Shown: positions 26,501-41,902, counted from the stretch's first letter. The stretch is 64,000 bases of DNA from Eledone cirrhosa (GCA_964016885.1 OZ024760.1:7192001-7256000); one strand, 5' to 3'. The notes: generated by a model not told the origin, from the letters alone. A program made the numbers and translations.

Positions 26501-29500
26501 TTCTGGATCTCATGGCAGGATTCATACCCACCATGGGGTCCCTTTTTGGGGCTATGTTTTATGGATGGATGCCCTTTCTGGTGGCAATCCTTTTACTCAC
26601 CCATATTGAACACAGGGATAGTGTACTTATTGTAAACCAGATACACACAGGGATACAGCGTACCTATTGTAAACCAGATACACACAGGGATTCAGTGTAC
26701 CTATTGTAAACCAGATACACACAGGGATACAGTGTACCTATTGTAAACCAGATACACACAGGGATACAATGTACCTATTGTAAACCTGATATATACAGGG
26801 ATACAGTGTACTTATTGTAAACCAGATACACACAGGGATTCAGTGTACCTATTGTAAACCAGATACACACAGGGATACAGTGTACCTATTGTAAACCAGA
26901 TACACACAGGGATACAGTGTACCTATTGTAAACCAGATACACACAGGGATACAGTGTACCTGTTGTAAACCAGATACACACAGGGATACAGTGTACCTAT
27001 TGTAAACCAGATACACACAGGGATACAGTGTACCTATTGTAAACCAGATATACACAGGGATACAGTGTACCTATTGTAATCCAGATACACACAGGGATAC
27101 AGTGTACCTGTTGTAAGCCAGATATATACAGGGATACAGTGTACCTATTGTAAACCAGATACACACAGGGATAGTGTACCTATTGTAAACCAGATACACA
27201 CAGGGATACAGTGTACCTATTGTAAACCAGATACACACAGGGATACAGTGTACCTATTGTAAACCAGATACACACAGGGATACAGTGTACCTATTGTAAA
27301 CCAGATACACACAGGGATACAGTGTACTTATTGTAAACCAGATACACATAGGGATACAGTGTACCTGTTGTAAACCTGATATACACAGGGCTACAGTGTA
27401 CTTATTGTAAACCAGATATACACAGGGATACAGTGTGCCTGTTGTAAGCCAGATATACACAGGGATACAGTGTACCTATTGTAAACCTGAAATACACAGG
27501 GATACAGTGTACCTATTGTAAACCTGAAATATACAGGGATACAGTGTACCTGTTGTAAACCAGATACACACAGGGATATGGTGTGGCTATTCTAAAAACC
27601 ACATACACACATCATAGAAAAGTGGGCTTAAAAACAATGATGATGATAGAAATGATCGAGGTATTCTGTAAATAAAGTAATTCTGTATTAATCAACATTA
27701 ATCAGTTGTACCCAGCATTGCTAATCACTTTGAGAAGCAACAGTGACTGGGATAGCAACATCTACAAATCAGGTGTGTCATGCAAGTCTTACCTGGGACA
27801 TGTAAAGGCACAGATAGATCAATATCTGCTACAGGAATATCTTCAATATTGATTGATTCATATCTTTTACTCTAAAAAAACAAAAAGAAAAAAAAAGTTT
27901 CTCAGTCTTTTAGTTGTTTTGTTTTTATTTTTTAAAGAATACAGTGTACCCCCAACATTCGCAGAATTTTCCTTAGATACCTAACTAATAATTATTCATG
28001 AAAACCACTGCATATTCGTGGAATCATAAATATCTTCCTTGATTTTTTTTAATGGCTTTTTTCATGGCAATATTTATTTTTTACCGCTAAATTAATAACA
28101 ATGTACCATATTTTCCAGTCTATTGGATGCCTCTTCGTATAAGACGCTCCCTCCTCTTTTTTTATTATATTTTATGCAATATTTTGACATCTATAGGCAT
28201 TTTAGGGACCTCGTCCAATATTTGCGGTTTTTCACTTGTCACTGGTCCTCTGGGAACGTTACCCCTGCCAATACCAGGGGACAACTGTATTTTAAAATAT
28301 TTTCAAAATAGCTCCATATTTAAAGAAGTAGTCTAGTTAATACAAAGCATTGTGAGATGTGTAATAAAAGACTGATAAGTTTTTAAAAGCCAGTAGAATG
28401 TGGTAGAAATATATAAAGGGTAGATGATGGCAAATAAAACAAAACAAAGTAATGTTTTACCCAGTATATTTCAACTTAATATTTCAGGGTTACACCACTC
28501 TTTTCAAATGTAGGGCTGAAACAGTTCAAAACAAGTCTACATTTGTCCTTTGTATTTTTCTACTGTGTTGTATCGGCTGTTTGAAAATTATTGGTCTTTT
28601 ATTTAAAGTAGTTGTTACGATTGAAACTCAGGTCAGCTCTGATCAAGACACTCCAGCTGTGACCTTCACACAGATTTTTCTCAAACTGAATGTACGACTA
28701 CATTATCCAATATGCCCTTTTCTTATCAGGCAACATATATATGATTTGAACAATTATTTGGCTGCTATTTCTAGTAAACCCAGTTGTAACCAAAAAGCTG
28801 CTTTAAAAAGTCTCATCCAACCCATGCCAGCACGAAAACATGGACATAAAACATGATGATGATGATGATGGTAGTGGTGCTAGTAATGGGGGAGGTGGTG
28901 TTGGTGATGATGATAATAATGAAGGTAGTGGTTGTGATGATGGTGATTGGGGTGGTGGTGATGATGAAAGTGGTGGTAATGATGAAGGTGGTGGTGGTGA
29001 TGGAAATAATGATGAAGGCAGTGATAGTGGTGATGGTGGTAATGACGGTGATTATTATTATAGCAACCATTAAAAGTCAACAACTTACTTTACTTTTACC
29101 ATCATCTTTTAAATAATGGGGATTATGCATCTGTTCAATCCTCCTTTGTTCACGTCGCTAGATAATAATAATAAATAATAATAATAATGGTGGTTTTTAT
29201 ATAGGCACAAGGCCAGCAATTTTGGGGGAGGGGGGAAAAGTTGATTAAATCGACCCCCAGTGCATGACTGGTACTTTATTTTATCGACCCCCCGTAAGGA
29301 TGAAAGGCAAAGTTAACCTCGGCGGGATTTGAACTCAGATTGTAAAGGGCCGTAACTCTATGCTGCAAAGCATGACGTCCGACCCTCTACCGATACTGCC
29401 AATCCACCACCCTTAGAAGAAGAAGGAGGAGGAGAATATTAATAATAATGGTTTCTTTATTGGCCACAAGGGCTAACACGAAGAAAGACATTACAGGCAG

Positions 29501-32500
29501 CATAGAACGGTTCAGTTCAATGTGGGTTTGGGTTGTGTAAAGAGGGTATAACAAGGGTATAACAAGGGTATAAAAAGGGTATAAAAAGGGTATAACAAGA
29601 AGATAGAAATGTGTAAAAACAAATAAAAAAAAATTCAAACAACAAAAATTCCCCAATAGGGGGGAAACCTCTGAGGGGGACTCGTGGCGAAAACCACAGC
29701 CACCCAGTAATTTAGGGGCAGGGCAAAGTCGATTAAATCGACTCCAGTACATTACTGGTGCTTTATTTCATTGACCCCCGTAAGGAAGAAAGGCAAAGTT
29801 AACCTCGGCGGGATTTGAACTCGGGACATAAAGGGCCGTAACTGTGCTGCAAAGCATGGCGTCCGACGCTCTTAATAATAGTTTCTACTTTAGGCACAAG
29901 GCCAGCAATTACCCAGTGCATTACTGGTACTTTATTTTATCGACCCCGTAAGGATGAAAGGCAAAGTCAACCTCGGCAGGATTTGAACTCAGATCGTAAA
30001 GGGACGTAACTATGCTGGAAAGCATGGCGTCCGACCCTCTACCGATACTGCCAATCCACCGCCCTTAATGATAGTTTCTGATTTAGGTTCCGACTGCCAA
30101 GTTTTGCTCCCTTCCTCTATGGAGTCTTGGGATACGTAACTTTTGTGCATTTATCTCACGCCTCCGAGAACAGGTCGCCGGCCCATTGCCAGCTTTTGTG
30201 GCATGAAATGGAAACTGCAATATATTTTTTGAACAGGCCCCCCCTCTCTGAGTATTTCTGTTCGGATAAATGGTGCTAAATCGAAACCATTCAATGTGGG
30301 AGTTGGACTCCGCCAAGGGTGCATACTGTCACCTCTCCTGTTCATTATTTACATGAACAGGATTGACATGCACAACCGGGTTGGAAGTGGTATCATGACT
30401 GGTGGGGTAAAATCATTCGACTGGAAATTGCAGACGACATGGTGTTACTTAACTCGACAGAAAATGATCATCGACTTGCACAAAGACTGCAATATGTGGG
30501 GAAGGGAATGTTCGTTGAATCAACTCCAGTACTTCACTGGTACCTTAAGGCAAAGTTGACCTCAGCTAGATTTAAACTCAATATAAAGGGTCATACTGTA
30601 AATACTACGAAGCATGATGTCCAATGCTCTTTCAATACACTCAATAATAATAAAGTGGCCAGCCCACACTGTAAAGGTGGTTGGCGTTAGGAAGGGCATC
30701 CAGCCATAGAAACCAAGCCCAAACCAGTTCTATGTGAGCAAGACACGGTCCTCTGATCTAACTTAACTCACAAAAGGATAATTCATCCAACCCAGGTGAG
30801 TGGGGGAAAATAAACATTGATGAATAATAAATAATGATTTCTTTTTAGCTATGCAGGGCTCACGTAAAGGAAACAGTAAAGATGGCACAGGATGGTACAG
30901 TATGGGGGATTTTATCATGTAAAAATGTTTAACAAAAACGACAATAATAATAACAACAGACAATAGTACTCAATACCTGTGTAGGACAGTTTACATTAAG
31001 TGACAGATAAAAAAATATATTTACCCTTTCTAGTTCTTCTTCAGTTGGTTCAGCTATCTTTTTCACATCATTTTTATAAGATGATCTTTAAAGAAATACC
31101 AAGATATACCATAAGAATTATTAGTCTTTCAAATATTAGTTGATAATTTCTTTCTATTGAATCTTAACCATTTTGTTAGCATATTTCTAATAAAAGATAC
31201 TAAATATTTCAATTAATAATTTTGGAAGTAATAAAAAATCTGGAGAGATTTAATAATATAAATGTCACATTATTAAGCTGGTGTCTGGAACATAACTTAA
31301 CAAAGGTTCTTACATGAAAGTACGACAGAAGGTTTTTAAATAAATATAAAATGGGTGCCACAACAAAAAGTGGCAACACTGTAAAGTGGTCGTGCTGGGG
31401 CCACGACAAAAAGTGCCCAGTCCACATGGTAAAGTGGTCGTGTTGGTGACAACAAAAAGTGCCCAGTCCACACTGTAAAGTGGTTGTGTTAGCGCCAAGA
31501 TAAAGAGCACTCAGGCCACACTGTAAATGTGGTTGGCATTGGTAGGGAATCCAGCTGTAGAAACCATGCCAGAAACAGTTCGGTATGAGTAAGACGCAGT
31601 CATCTGATCTGGCTTGTCTCACAACTGGACAACTTGTTTTTCTAAGCCATGCTACCATGGAATGGACATTAAATGATAACAATGATAATCAACCCTTTAA
31701 CCCTTTCAAGACAATATTTTTTAATGAAATGCTTCCAAAATAGAATAACAAATATCTATTTGAGAAAACAAAATCAGCGAAGAGATCTATAATGGTAGAT
31801 CCATAAAAAATAATTATGATTAATGAAACAATGCCAAAGAAGGCTTTAGCAATCTTATGAAATAAATATAGAAAAAAATACAAAAAGCTATACATACTTG
31901 TGATCGTCTCCTGTGGTTGTAAATAAAGATGTGCCTCTGATTTCTTCATCGGAACTGTCAGATGGTATTTCATTGATCCAGCGATCTAGATCCAACCTTA
32001 TTAATATCAATAGAGAGAGAGAGAGAGATGTTATGTAGTTGGGTGTGTGTATGTGTGTATCAATGTTTGTGTATGTGTGTGTCAACAGAGAGAGAAAGAT
32101 GTTAAGTAGCTGTGTGTGTGTGTGCATATTGGAAATACTTAATATAACCAATTGACAACTGCAATGTGTTTTAACATATGTATAAACAGACAAACTTTTA
32201 TTTTGCATGTCCAGTAAACCTTCCCACACTTTACAGGGTGCACTGGGTGCATTTTATTGTGGCACCAACACAAGAGAGGTTGTCATATCTTTGACAATTG
32301 AAGAGTGCTCCCAGCCCTTTCTATGTATGTATGTATGGAACCTAACTCCTGAGGCAGTCATAGGGATGCTGTCATGACATACAGCATGTCTTTGCCATTT
32401 TTAAAACCTGGCAGAAACCATCCCCTCTCCTTGTCTGAACATAGCCCATTTCTTTCAGAGAAGAGAGAGAAGAATCAAGAAAGAGACAGAGAGCAAGAAA

Positions 32501-34245
32501 CAATCCAGTATTGCACTGGTACAATTTTAACTTTTTTTTAAAAATCAACCCCGAAAGGTTGAAAGTAAAAGCTGACCTCAGCAGGATTTGAACTCAGATT
32601 TAGCGACATTCTAACGACTCTGCCAATTCCCCTGACTTAACTTTGTTTAAATTGTTCAAATAAATCAGCAACACCACCACCACCAACACCACCAACAACA
32701 CAACAACCACAAACAACAACACCAACATCACTAACACCAACAACACCAACCACCACCAACACCAACAACAATATATTCTACACATACTTATCAGGAACTG
32801 GTACTTTTCTTTGAGCCTTTAATGCAACAGGGTTCAATTCTCCAGAAAACAAACAAGCTATTTCTTCTGCTAAATGGTTTCCTTTCTCTTGAAGTTTCAT
32901 AACATATTTTACCAATTGTAAAACACAACAAGCCTGCAAGATAAAGAGAGAAAAAGTGTGTGTGTGTGAGAGAGAGAGAATATAAGATTATTTCTAGAAG
33001 ATAAATCATATCTTGAGACACACATCATCTTAAGACGTGTATCATATCAAGACCCATATCATCTTAAGACATGTATCATCTTAAAACCCCTATCATTTAA
33101 GACATATGACATAAGACATGTATCATCTTAAGACCCCTATCATTTAAGACAGGTGATATAAGACATGTATCATCTTAAGACCTGTATAATTTAAGACAGG
33201 TGACATAAGACATGTATCATCTTAAGACCCCTATCATTTAAGACAGGTGATATAAGACATGTATCATCTTAAGACCTGTATAATTTAAGACAGGTGACAT
33301 AAGACATGTATCATCTTAAGACCCCTATCATTTAAGACAGGTGATATAAGACATGTATCATCTTAAGACCTGTATAATTTAAGACAGGTGACATAAGACA
33401 TGTATCATCTTAAGACCCATATAATTTAAGACCTGTATCATCTTAAGACACGTAATATATCAAGACATGTTATATTAAGGCATGTGATATATTAAGACAT
33501 GTATACTCTTACCCTCTCCTGGACTTCAAGATCAGCGCTCTGAATAAACATTGGCAGTTTATCAAGAAGCATCTGTCCAGTTTCTTTCATTGTAACTTCA
33601 TCAGCTTCGTCTTCTGCTTTCTTCAAGATATTTGAATATAATTTCACTAAATTCTGAACATAGACACTCTGGATATGACCTGGTAAGGCAGTAATCTTGG
33701 GACGTAGCATAGCTTCTAACGTAGACTTTGGATCTTTCAGATATCTGAAATAAGGTGAGGAGTTGTTTAAAAAAACGGAAATTATATATACATATATGAG
33801 ATGATGATGATGATGATATATATTAGAAAAAAAACGAGGAAGTTTCGTTTACATGTATATATTTATTGTGTATCGACCTGTTATTTTTTGTCACATCGCC
33901 AGTCTGAAGAGCAGATCAAGTGGAGTCACGTCCATAACTTCTAAGGCTAACCTTGAGCCAATCCTCTTTGAAATGTGCATAACAGGTCGATACTCAAATA
34001 TTATATACATCTAAACAAAACTTCCTTGTTTTTTTTCTAATATATACACTGCCTATGCATAGACTGCTTGCTTAGGTACCACCAGTAATTCACTGAATCA
34101 CGTACACTACATATATGTGTGTGTGTGTGTGTGTGAGCTCACGCACAACACAAAGAAACACATGGGAAAAAAGGGAACAGAAACCAAGGAAGACACAAAC
34201 ACAAGGACAATTACTGCTCATTGGCTGGCTTCTTGGATCATTATG

Positions 34246-34278
<33 letters not shown>

Positions 34279-35737
34279 GGTTTTTATATTCCTACTCTCT
34301 CTCTTAACATTATTTCCACGTATTAATTACCTAAGTTATATTTCTCACAATCATTTTTTAACTTTTCACCTATTTATTACTAATCTTTTAGCTATTTACC
34401 ATGATAGCTAGCTATCTACCTATCTCTTTCAGACACTGACTCCAGATCATTCCCACCCACCCCCTATCCACCACCATTCAACTGGCTGTCAGACAGACAT
34501 GGCCTTGTGCTCCCGCCTTTTTCCTTTTGCTTACACACTTACACACACCGATATGTATCCTCCTACGTATCAACCTACTCACATATACACACACACACAC
34601 ACACATAAACAGTGAATTTTGAAAGTTGATGTGAAAAAGAAATGTGTGACTTACTCAGAAAATTCTCCACATATCCAAGCAGCAGCATAAAGCACTTCAC
34701 AGATACCGTTTCTTTGAGAATTGGATGCAAGTACATGAGAGTTGTCGAGCAAAACAGCCTAGAGAGAAAGAATTGGAAATTTACAGGAGTATCTAGGAAA
34801 TTATTTTACAAATAGAGAATAAATATTTCGGATATGTTCGCCTCTTTTGTCCTCATCACACATACATCATACTAGCAGAAATGTTTATTTTTTGTTGCAT
34901 GAGCTGGCATAAAAAAGTGCAATCCTTTTAATTAATTAGTGCGAAACCACAAGCCAGATTGGAAGCTGATGAGGTTGGATGCATCTGTGGCTTTGTAACA
35001 TCTTGCATGGTTTATAACTTTAATCTTGACTCTTATTGTAATCTTAAACTCCATTTGTCTTCATTTCTTTCTTCTTTACTTGTTACTCCTATGTCCCAAT
35101 AACTTTAAAAATAGTGGAGTGTAAATGTTTTTTTAAAATTCAAAGTAGTGCGTGAGGCAAAACTGTCTAACCACCGAGCATGACAACCCATCCAACCCAT
35201 GCAAGTGTGGAAAATAGACATAAGACGATGACAATAATAACATTGATACTTACCATTTGCTGAACAGCAAAATCTCTAATAGTTTGGACCCGTATAGCAA
35301 CATCTAACATTTGACTAGCAATAAGTTTCCCATGTCTTGTGCCTTCCATTCTAGTCAGTTCTACTAATATACTGACGTACCTAAAAAAAAAAATATATAT
35401 ATATCATCATTTCATTTTACGTCCGCTTTTTCCCTGCTTGCAAGGGTGGGACGGGAACTGATTCTGGCTTGATTTCTACAGCTGGATGCCCTTCCTAACA
35501 CCAACCTCATTTACAGTGAGTGTTGGGTGCTTTTTTTGCCGTGGCACCTCCACGACCACTCTGCAGTGGAATGATAGGGACCCCAGTCCCTATCATCTCA
35601 TTTCTACAGCTGAGTAAACTGGAGCAATGTGAAATAAAGTGCCTTGCTCAAGGAAACAACACATCACCCGGTCTGAGAATTGAGCTCACAACCTTTCGAT
35701 TGCAAGGCCAATGCTCTAACCACTAAGCCATGTGCCT

Positions 35738-35829
<92 letters not shown>

Positions 35830-36892
35830 AGGGAGTGTAAGTTGGAGTTACTATAGGTTCACCCGGGTGTGTTCTGTATGTGTGCATGTTTGAACAATAA
35901 AAACAGAAGCCAGTGTAGGGAGAGAGTTAGCTCATTGTTTTACGATCATTTCAGAGGGTCGATTGATGGAGATCGATGTATCGACCAGCATGGTAGTGGT
36001 TAAGTTACTACCCTTTACCAGTCTCAAAATTCCTGTTCAACCGGCCGTCCTCCTCAGAAACACTAAACTAAATTTAATTTACTAGAAGTATATATATGTA
36101 TATATATATATAGACTCAAGAGATAGGGTATACAGAGATAAGTAGATGGGGGCGTGTGGTGCATCTGAATAGTTCCTGAAACTGAGGGTTGGGGGGATAT
36201 AGGGTGGGTCAAGGAGGGAGATACTAAGATACACTATACATATATTTATAGTATCGCCTCATGGCCTCGTAATACCCTCAGCCCCTCCCCCCCCCATTTC
36301 CAGAGAGACCTGCCTACACACAAATTGTAAATATATGATAAATAAAATCGTTAATTTATACTATGTATAAATAAATATTATATATATATTTTTTATTTTA
36401 CTATATTTATATATAATATGTATCATTTGATATTTAATATACTATTATATCATCCTTACTGCCCCCCAGCTTCTCTGATTTAGTACAATATAAAACAAAA
36501 GTGATATGTGTATATAAGCCCAGACAACTTACCATTTAGTACAATATAACACAAAAGTAATACATATATATAAGCCCAGACAACTTACCATTTAGTACAA
36601 TATAAGACAAAAATGATGTATATATATAAGCCCAGACAACTTACCATTTAGTACAATATAACACAAAAGTAATACATATATATAAGCCCAGACAACTTAC
36701 CATTTAGTACAATATAAGACAAAAATGATGTATATATATAAGCCCAGACAACTTACCATTTAGTACAATATAACACAAAATTAATATATATATATAAGCC
36801 CAGACAACTTACCATTTAGTACAATATAACACAAAAGTAATACATATATATAAGCCCAGACAACTTACCATTTAGTACAATATAAGACAAAA

Positions 36893-36930
<38 letters not shown>

Positions 36931-37644
36931 CAGACAACTTACCATTCAAAATTGATGACATACTGGTAATTTGACTGGCTACAGATCTCTATAATCTTGG
37001 ATAACAGCTCATCTCTATAATGAGAACCCTCTGCTTTGTCCATGTGAATCATCAGCTTCTTCACTATTTCCATCAGATTTTTCTTTGAGACCTACATTGT
37101 AAAACAAAGTCTAATATATTACAGCTGTTGCATACTTTGTGTAAAATGTCTGTCACACTGGGTGATGGTAAGAGTGAGTGAGAGAGAGGGATACAGGTAG
37201 AGAGAGGGAGAGGATAGAGATAGAGTGAGAATGATAGAGGGGGAGAGATAATGATAAAGAGATAGATAGGAAGGGGGATATAAATAGAGTGATATAAATA
37301 GAGTGACACAAACAACAACAAAAAAAAGAGACTATATTTATTATATATATACATATAAGTGTGAGAGACAGAGAAACAGCTCTTCTTACCATTCCATACA
37401 AGAGATCTAGTGCACGAAGTCTGATTGACTCATCCTTGTCATCAAGACACTGAAGAATGAGATCTTTGTGTGCTTGGACACTTTTGGGATGAGTAGCCAA
37501 GATTTTGGACATCGCTAATAAACCCAGATATTTCACTGTAAAATAAAAAAAAATACATATTTAAACAGTTATAATGCAATCAATTTAAAAAACGAAGTCC
37601 ATTTATGAAAAAGTACTAACAAAAAAAATGTAAATACTTGGGAC

Positions 37645-37675
<31 letters not shown>

Positions 37676-38047
37676 CAAAGGTTTTATTTAAAATTGTTGG
37701 GTTACAACAAGTAAATATTTTATAACTGATATAAAGCACTCGACAAATTTTTGGAGTATATATACGATATTAAACAAATGGAAACTATATTTATAAAACC
37801 ATATTTATTTCATTATACATATTTCAAAGATACCAAGTTAAATTATGGTATGCCTTCATCAGACAAAATACAATATATACCAGTTTTATAAATAAATAAA
37901 TAAATAAATATAAATATTTATTTATAAAACTGGTATATATTGTATTTTGTCTGATGAAGGCATACCATAATTTAACTTGGTATCCTTGAAATATGTATAA
38001 TGAAATAAATATGGTTTTATAAATATAGTTTCCATTTGTTTAATATC

Positions 38048-38141
<94 letters not shown>

Positions 38142-41100
38142 GATAAAGATCCCACGACTCCTGGTGGAGTTGTAGAGGCACCCTCATACGCTGTGTCTAG
38201 GGCACTTTTAAACCTGGCGGAGCCCAGCCCTCTCCAGGTTTGAAGACAGCCGATTTTTTCTATAGAGGTAGAATCGAACCCAGTACATGACTGGTACTTT
38301 TTTTTTTATCAACTTCGAAAGGATGAAAGGTAAAGTTGACGACAGCAGGATTTGAACTCAGAGCGGACAATGAGGCTCGACGAATAACGTAAAGCATTCT
38401 ATCCGACGTCTTAACAACTCTGCCTATATATATCAGCCTATATATATATATATATATATATAAATACAAAGTAAAAACCTACTACAGTCAGTAGGCATCT
38501 CTATCAAAACACCCCCCCCCCCCCCCCCCCCCCGTCCCACCACCTCCACCCCATCCACACCGCCCCTTTCAATGTAAAGTTATGTTGGTCACAACATCCA
38601 GGCCGAAACAAATGAGATCGTGTAGGTGTCACGACAAAAAAACACACAGTCCCCGCTGTAAATGTGGCCGTGTAGGCAACACGGTAAAAACCTCCCAGCC
38701 CCACACTGTAAATGTGGTTGGTGTTAGGAAGGGCATCCAGCTGTAGAAAACCCGCCAGACAGTCCACGCTGTAATGTGGCCGTGTAGGCAACACGGTAAA
38801 AACCTCCCAGCCCCACACTGTAAATGTGGTTGGTGTTAGGAAGGGCATCCAACTGTAGAAAACCTGCCAGACAGTCCTATGCGAGCAAGACAACCACTCT
38901 TGCCTCAAGTGGGAAAACCCCCGTCCAAACCCATGCAAGCGTGGAACACGGACGCTAAACCTGATGATGATGATGATGATGATGATATATAATTTTGTCT
39001 TGTTAAAGTAATATATCATCATCATCATCATCATCATTTCATTTTACGTCCACTTTTCCCTGCTTGCAAGGGTGGGACGGGAACTGATGCTGGCTTGATT
39101 TCTACAGCTGGATGCCCTTCCTAACACCAACCTCATTTACAGTGAGTGCTGGGTGCTTTTTTGTCGTGGCACCTCCACAACCACTTTGCAGTGGAATGAT
39201 AGGGACCCCAGTCCCTATCATCTCATTTCTACAGCTGAGTAAACTGGATCAATGTGAAATAAAGTGTCTTGCTCAAGGAAACAACACATCACCCGGTCTG
39301 AGAATTGAACTATATATATATATATATATATATTACTTAAACGAGACTAAATTTGTAAAGCAAAGCTAGTAATACTTACAATTTTGATCGGAATCTTCTA
39401 TTAAGATCCTTAATTTCTGAACACATAGCTAGAATTAATGAGAAAATATAGTATAAGTTTAAGAGGTCCATTGTTATAATATATTACATGTAATGAGAGA
39501 GAGAGAGAGAGAGGGAGAGAGAAAGAGGGATGAAAAGAATATACTAAAATACATCATAAACAACAAAGATTATAGAGAAGTTATTTCAAAATTATTTTTT
39601 AAAATTGTATACCAAAAGGAGAGAAACCAATCATCAGATGTTTCTATTGGTCTTTCTATTGTTGATACTCTGTCAGTCACAACTCCTGGCAGAAGGAGTT
39701 CATCCCCAGATCAGACCAAAGAAACAATGTTTCCATTGCTGGTACTATCTGTCAGCAGAAAAAGAGCTTATCTCTAGATCAGACCAAAGAAACAGTGTTT
39801 CCATTGGTCCTTCCATTGCTGATACTCTCTGTCTGTCAGTCACAACTCCTGGCAGAAGAAAGGAGCTCATCCCCAGATCAGACCAAGGAACAATGTCCCC
39901 ATTGGTCCTTCCATTGCTGATACTCTCTGTCTGTCAGTCACAACTCCTGGCAGAAGAAAGGAGCTCATCCCCAGATCAGACCAAGGAACAATGTCCCCAT
40001 TGGTCCTTCCATTGCTGATACTCTCTGTCTGTCAGTCACAACTCCTGGCAGAAGAAAGGAGCTCATCCCCAGATCAGACCAAGGAACAATGTCCCCATTG
40101 GTCCTTCCATTGCTGATACTCTCTGTCTGTCAGTCACAACTCCTGGCAGAAGAAAGGAGCTCATCCCCAGATCAGACCAAGGAACAATATTTCCATTGGT
40201 CTTTCCACTGTTGATATTATCTGTTAGTCACAACTCCTGGCAGAAGAAAGGAGCCGATTGTTAGATCAAACCAAGGAACAATGTCCCCATTGGTCTTTCC
40301 ATTGCTGATACTGTCTTCCAGCTAGTCACAACTCCTGACAGGAGGGGCAGGTAGGATTTGAACTCAGAATGTACAGCAAAACATCCCATCTGACCGTTTA
40401 AGAATTCCAGCCAAGCTGGACTGGAACGTTATAAATTGACCCTCAAAAGGATGAAAGGCAAAAACGACCATGATGGGATTTGAACTCAGAATGCAGAGTA
40501 CTGGATTAGATACTGCAAAGCATCCCATTTGACTCTTTAACAATTCCGCCAATCCACCACCCTGGATTGGAACTTCATTGTGGTATGGTATGGTCCCGTG
40601 ACTCCCTATGGAGTTATAGGGGCACCGTATTGACATACAGCATTTCTTAGGCATTTTAAACCCGGCAGAGCTCATCTCCTCTCCAGGTCTGAATACAGTA
40701 GATTCTTTCCAGAGAAGGATAGAGAGAGAGAGAGAGAGAATGAAAGTGAGAAAGAGATATAGAAGAAGAAATAACCCCAGTACTAGACTGGTACTTCTTT
40801 TTAGCGATTTGAAAGTCTCTGAGTTCAAATCCTGCCGAGGGCAAATTTGCCTTTCATCCATTCAACTCAGAAAGCAAAGGGCTGGAACAAATACCGCAAA
40901 GCATTCTATACAACGTTCTAACAACTCTGCCAATTCAACACCAAAAAGATAAACTCAGATCACAAAGAGCCAGGAATCCAACTCTCATTTTTGGAAAAAT
41001 TTAAGGGAAAATTCCACACGGTTCTTTTAATGAATTTTTTTTTTCTCCCTTCACTGGATATGAAACTGCTGAAAAAGTAAAATAGATTCTAAAATATCTA

Positions 41101-41330
41101 ACTACCTAACGAGTTAACATCATTTAAAGCTAAGCACATGTATGTCACTGTCATTTCAAAATACATGCTTTATATCATGCAGGGCAGGGAGGAGCAATGA
41201 AGTGACTTTGTTTGTGGAGGAGATGTGACAAAAATGGTTCATATATTAAGCAACCATATACACACGCACACATACATACATACATGTGTATGAGAAACAG
41301 AGAGAGAGAATAGCAAGTATGCAGAAGTAT

Positions 41331-41363
<33 letters not shown>

Positions 41364-41902
41364 GATATACATATATATGTATATAATGTGAGAGTATGTG
41401 TGTGTGTGTGTGTATATATGTATGTGGAGCAAGAGACTCCTAGTCTTCATTTAAGACATCTCTCTAGGAGAAGGTCACTCTGATATAAAATCTCCAACTT
41501 CGTTTGCATCCAATGATGTAGACCAGTTTTTTTTGGCAAATGCATTTGATATTCAGAGAATGGGATTGGCCCCGTGCAAAGCCTTTCCTCACTTAAAAAA
41601 AGCTTCAAGCACAGCCATTGTTTGATATGCAACATTGTTTGCAATGCATAACATTGCTGGCCATAGGCAAGTCCCTAGCAGGACTAAAATGCCACGTCTG
41701 TGCTGCCCATGCTTAAGTATCAAGTGATGGCATTACTTGAGATCGAGTTGCAGCCATCATATATGTATGAATGTGAGAGTGTGTGTGCATATGTGTATGC
41801 ATAATTATACATATATATATATATATATGTATGTATGTATGTAATGTGAGAGCATGTGTGTGTATATATATGTGTGTGCATGTATGTGTGTGTGTATATA
41901 TA

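Noticed and set aside
26610-27580. CRISPR-like regular 37-bp repeats
   Set aside because: No unique spacers, no cas genes, eukaryotic intron
35660-35740. tRNA gene
   Set aside because: tRNA-like head of a multi-copy SINE; no proper acceptor stem
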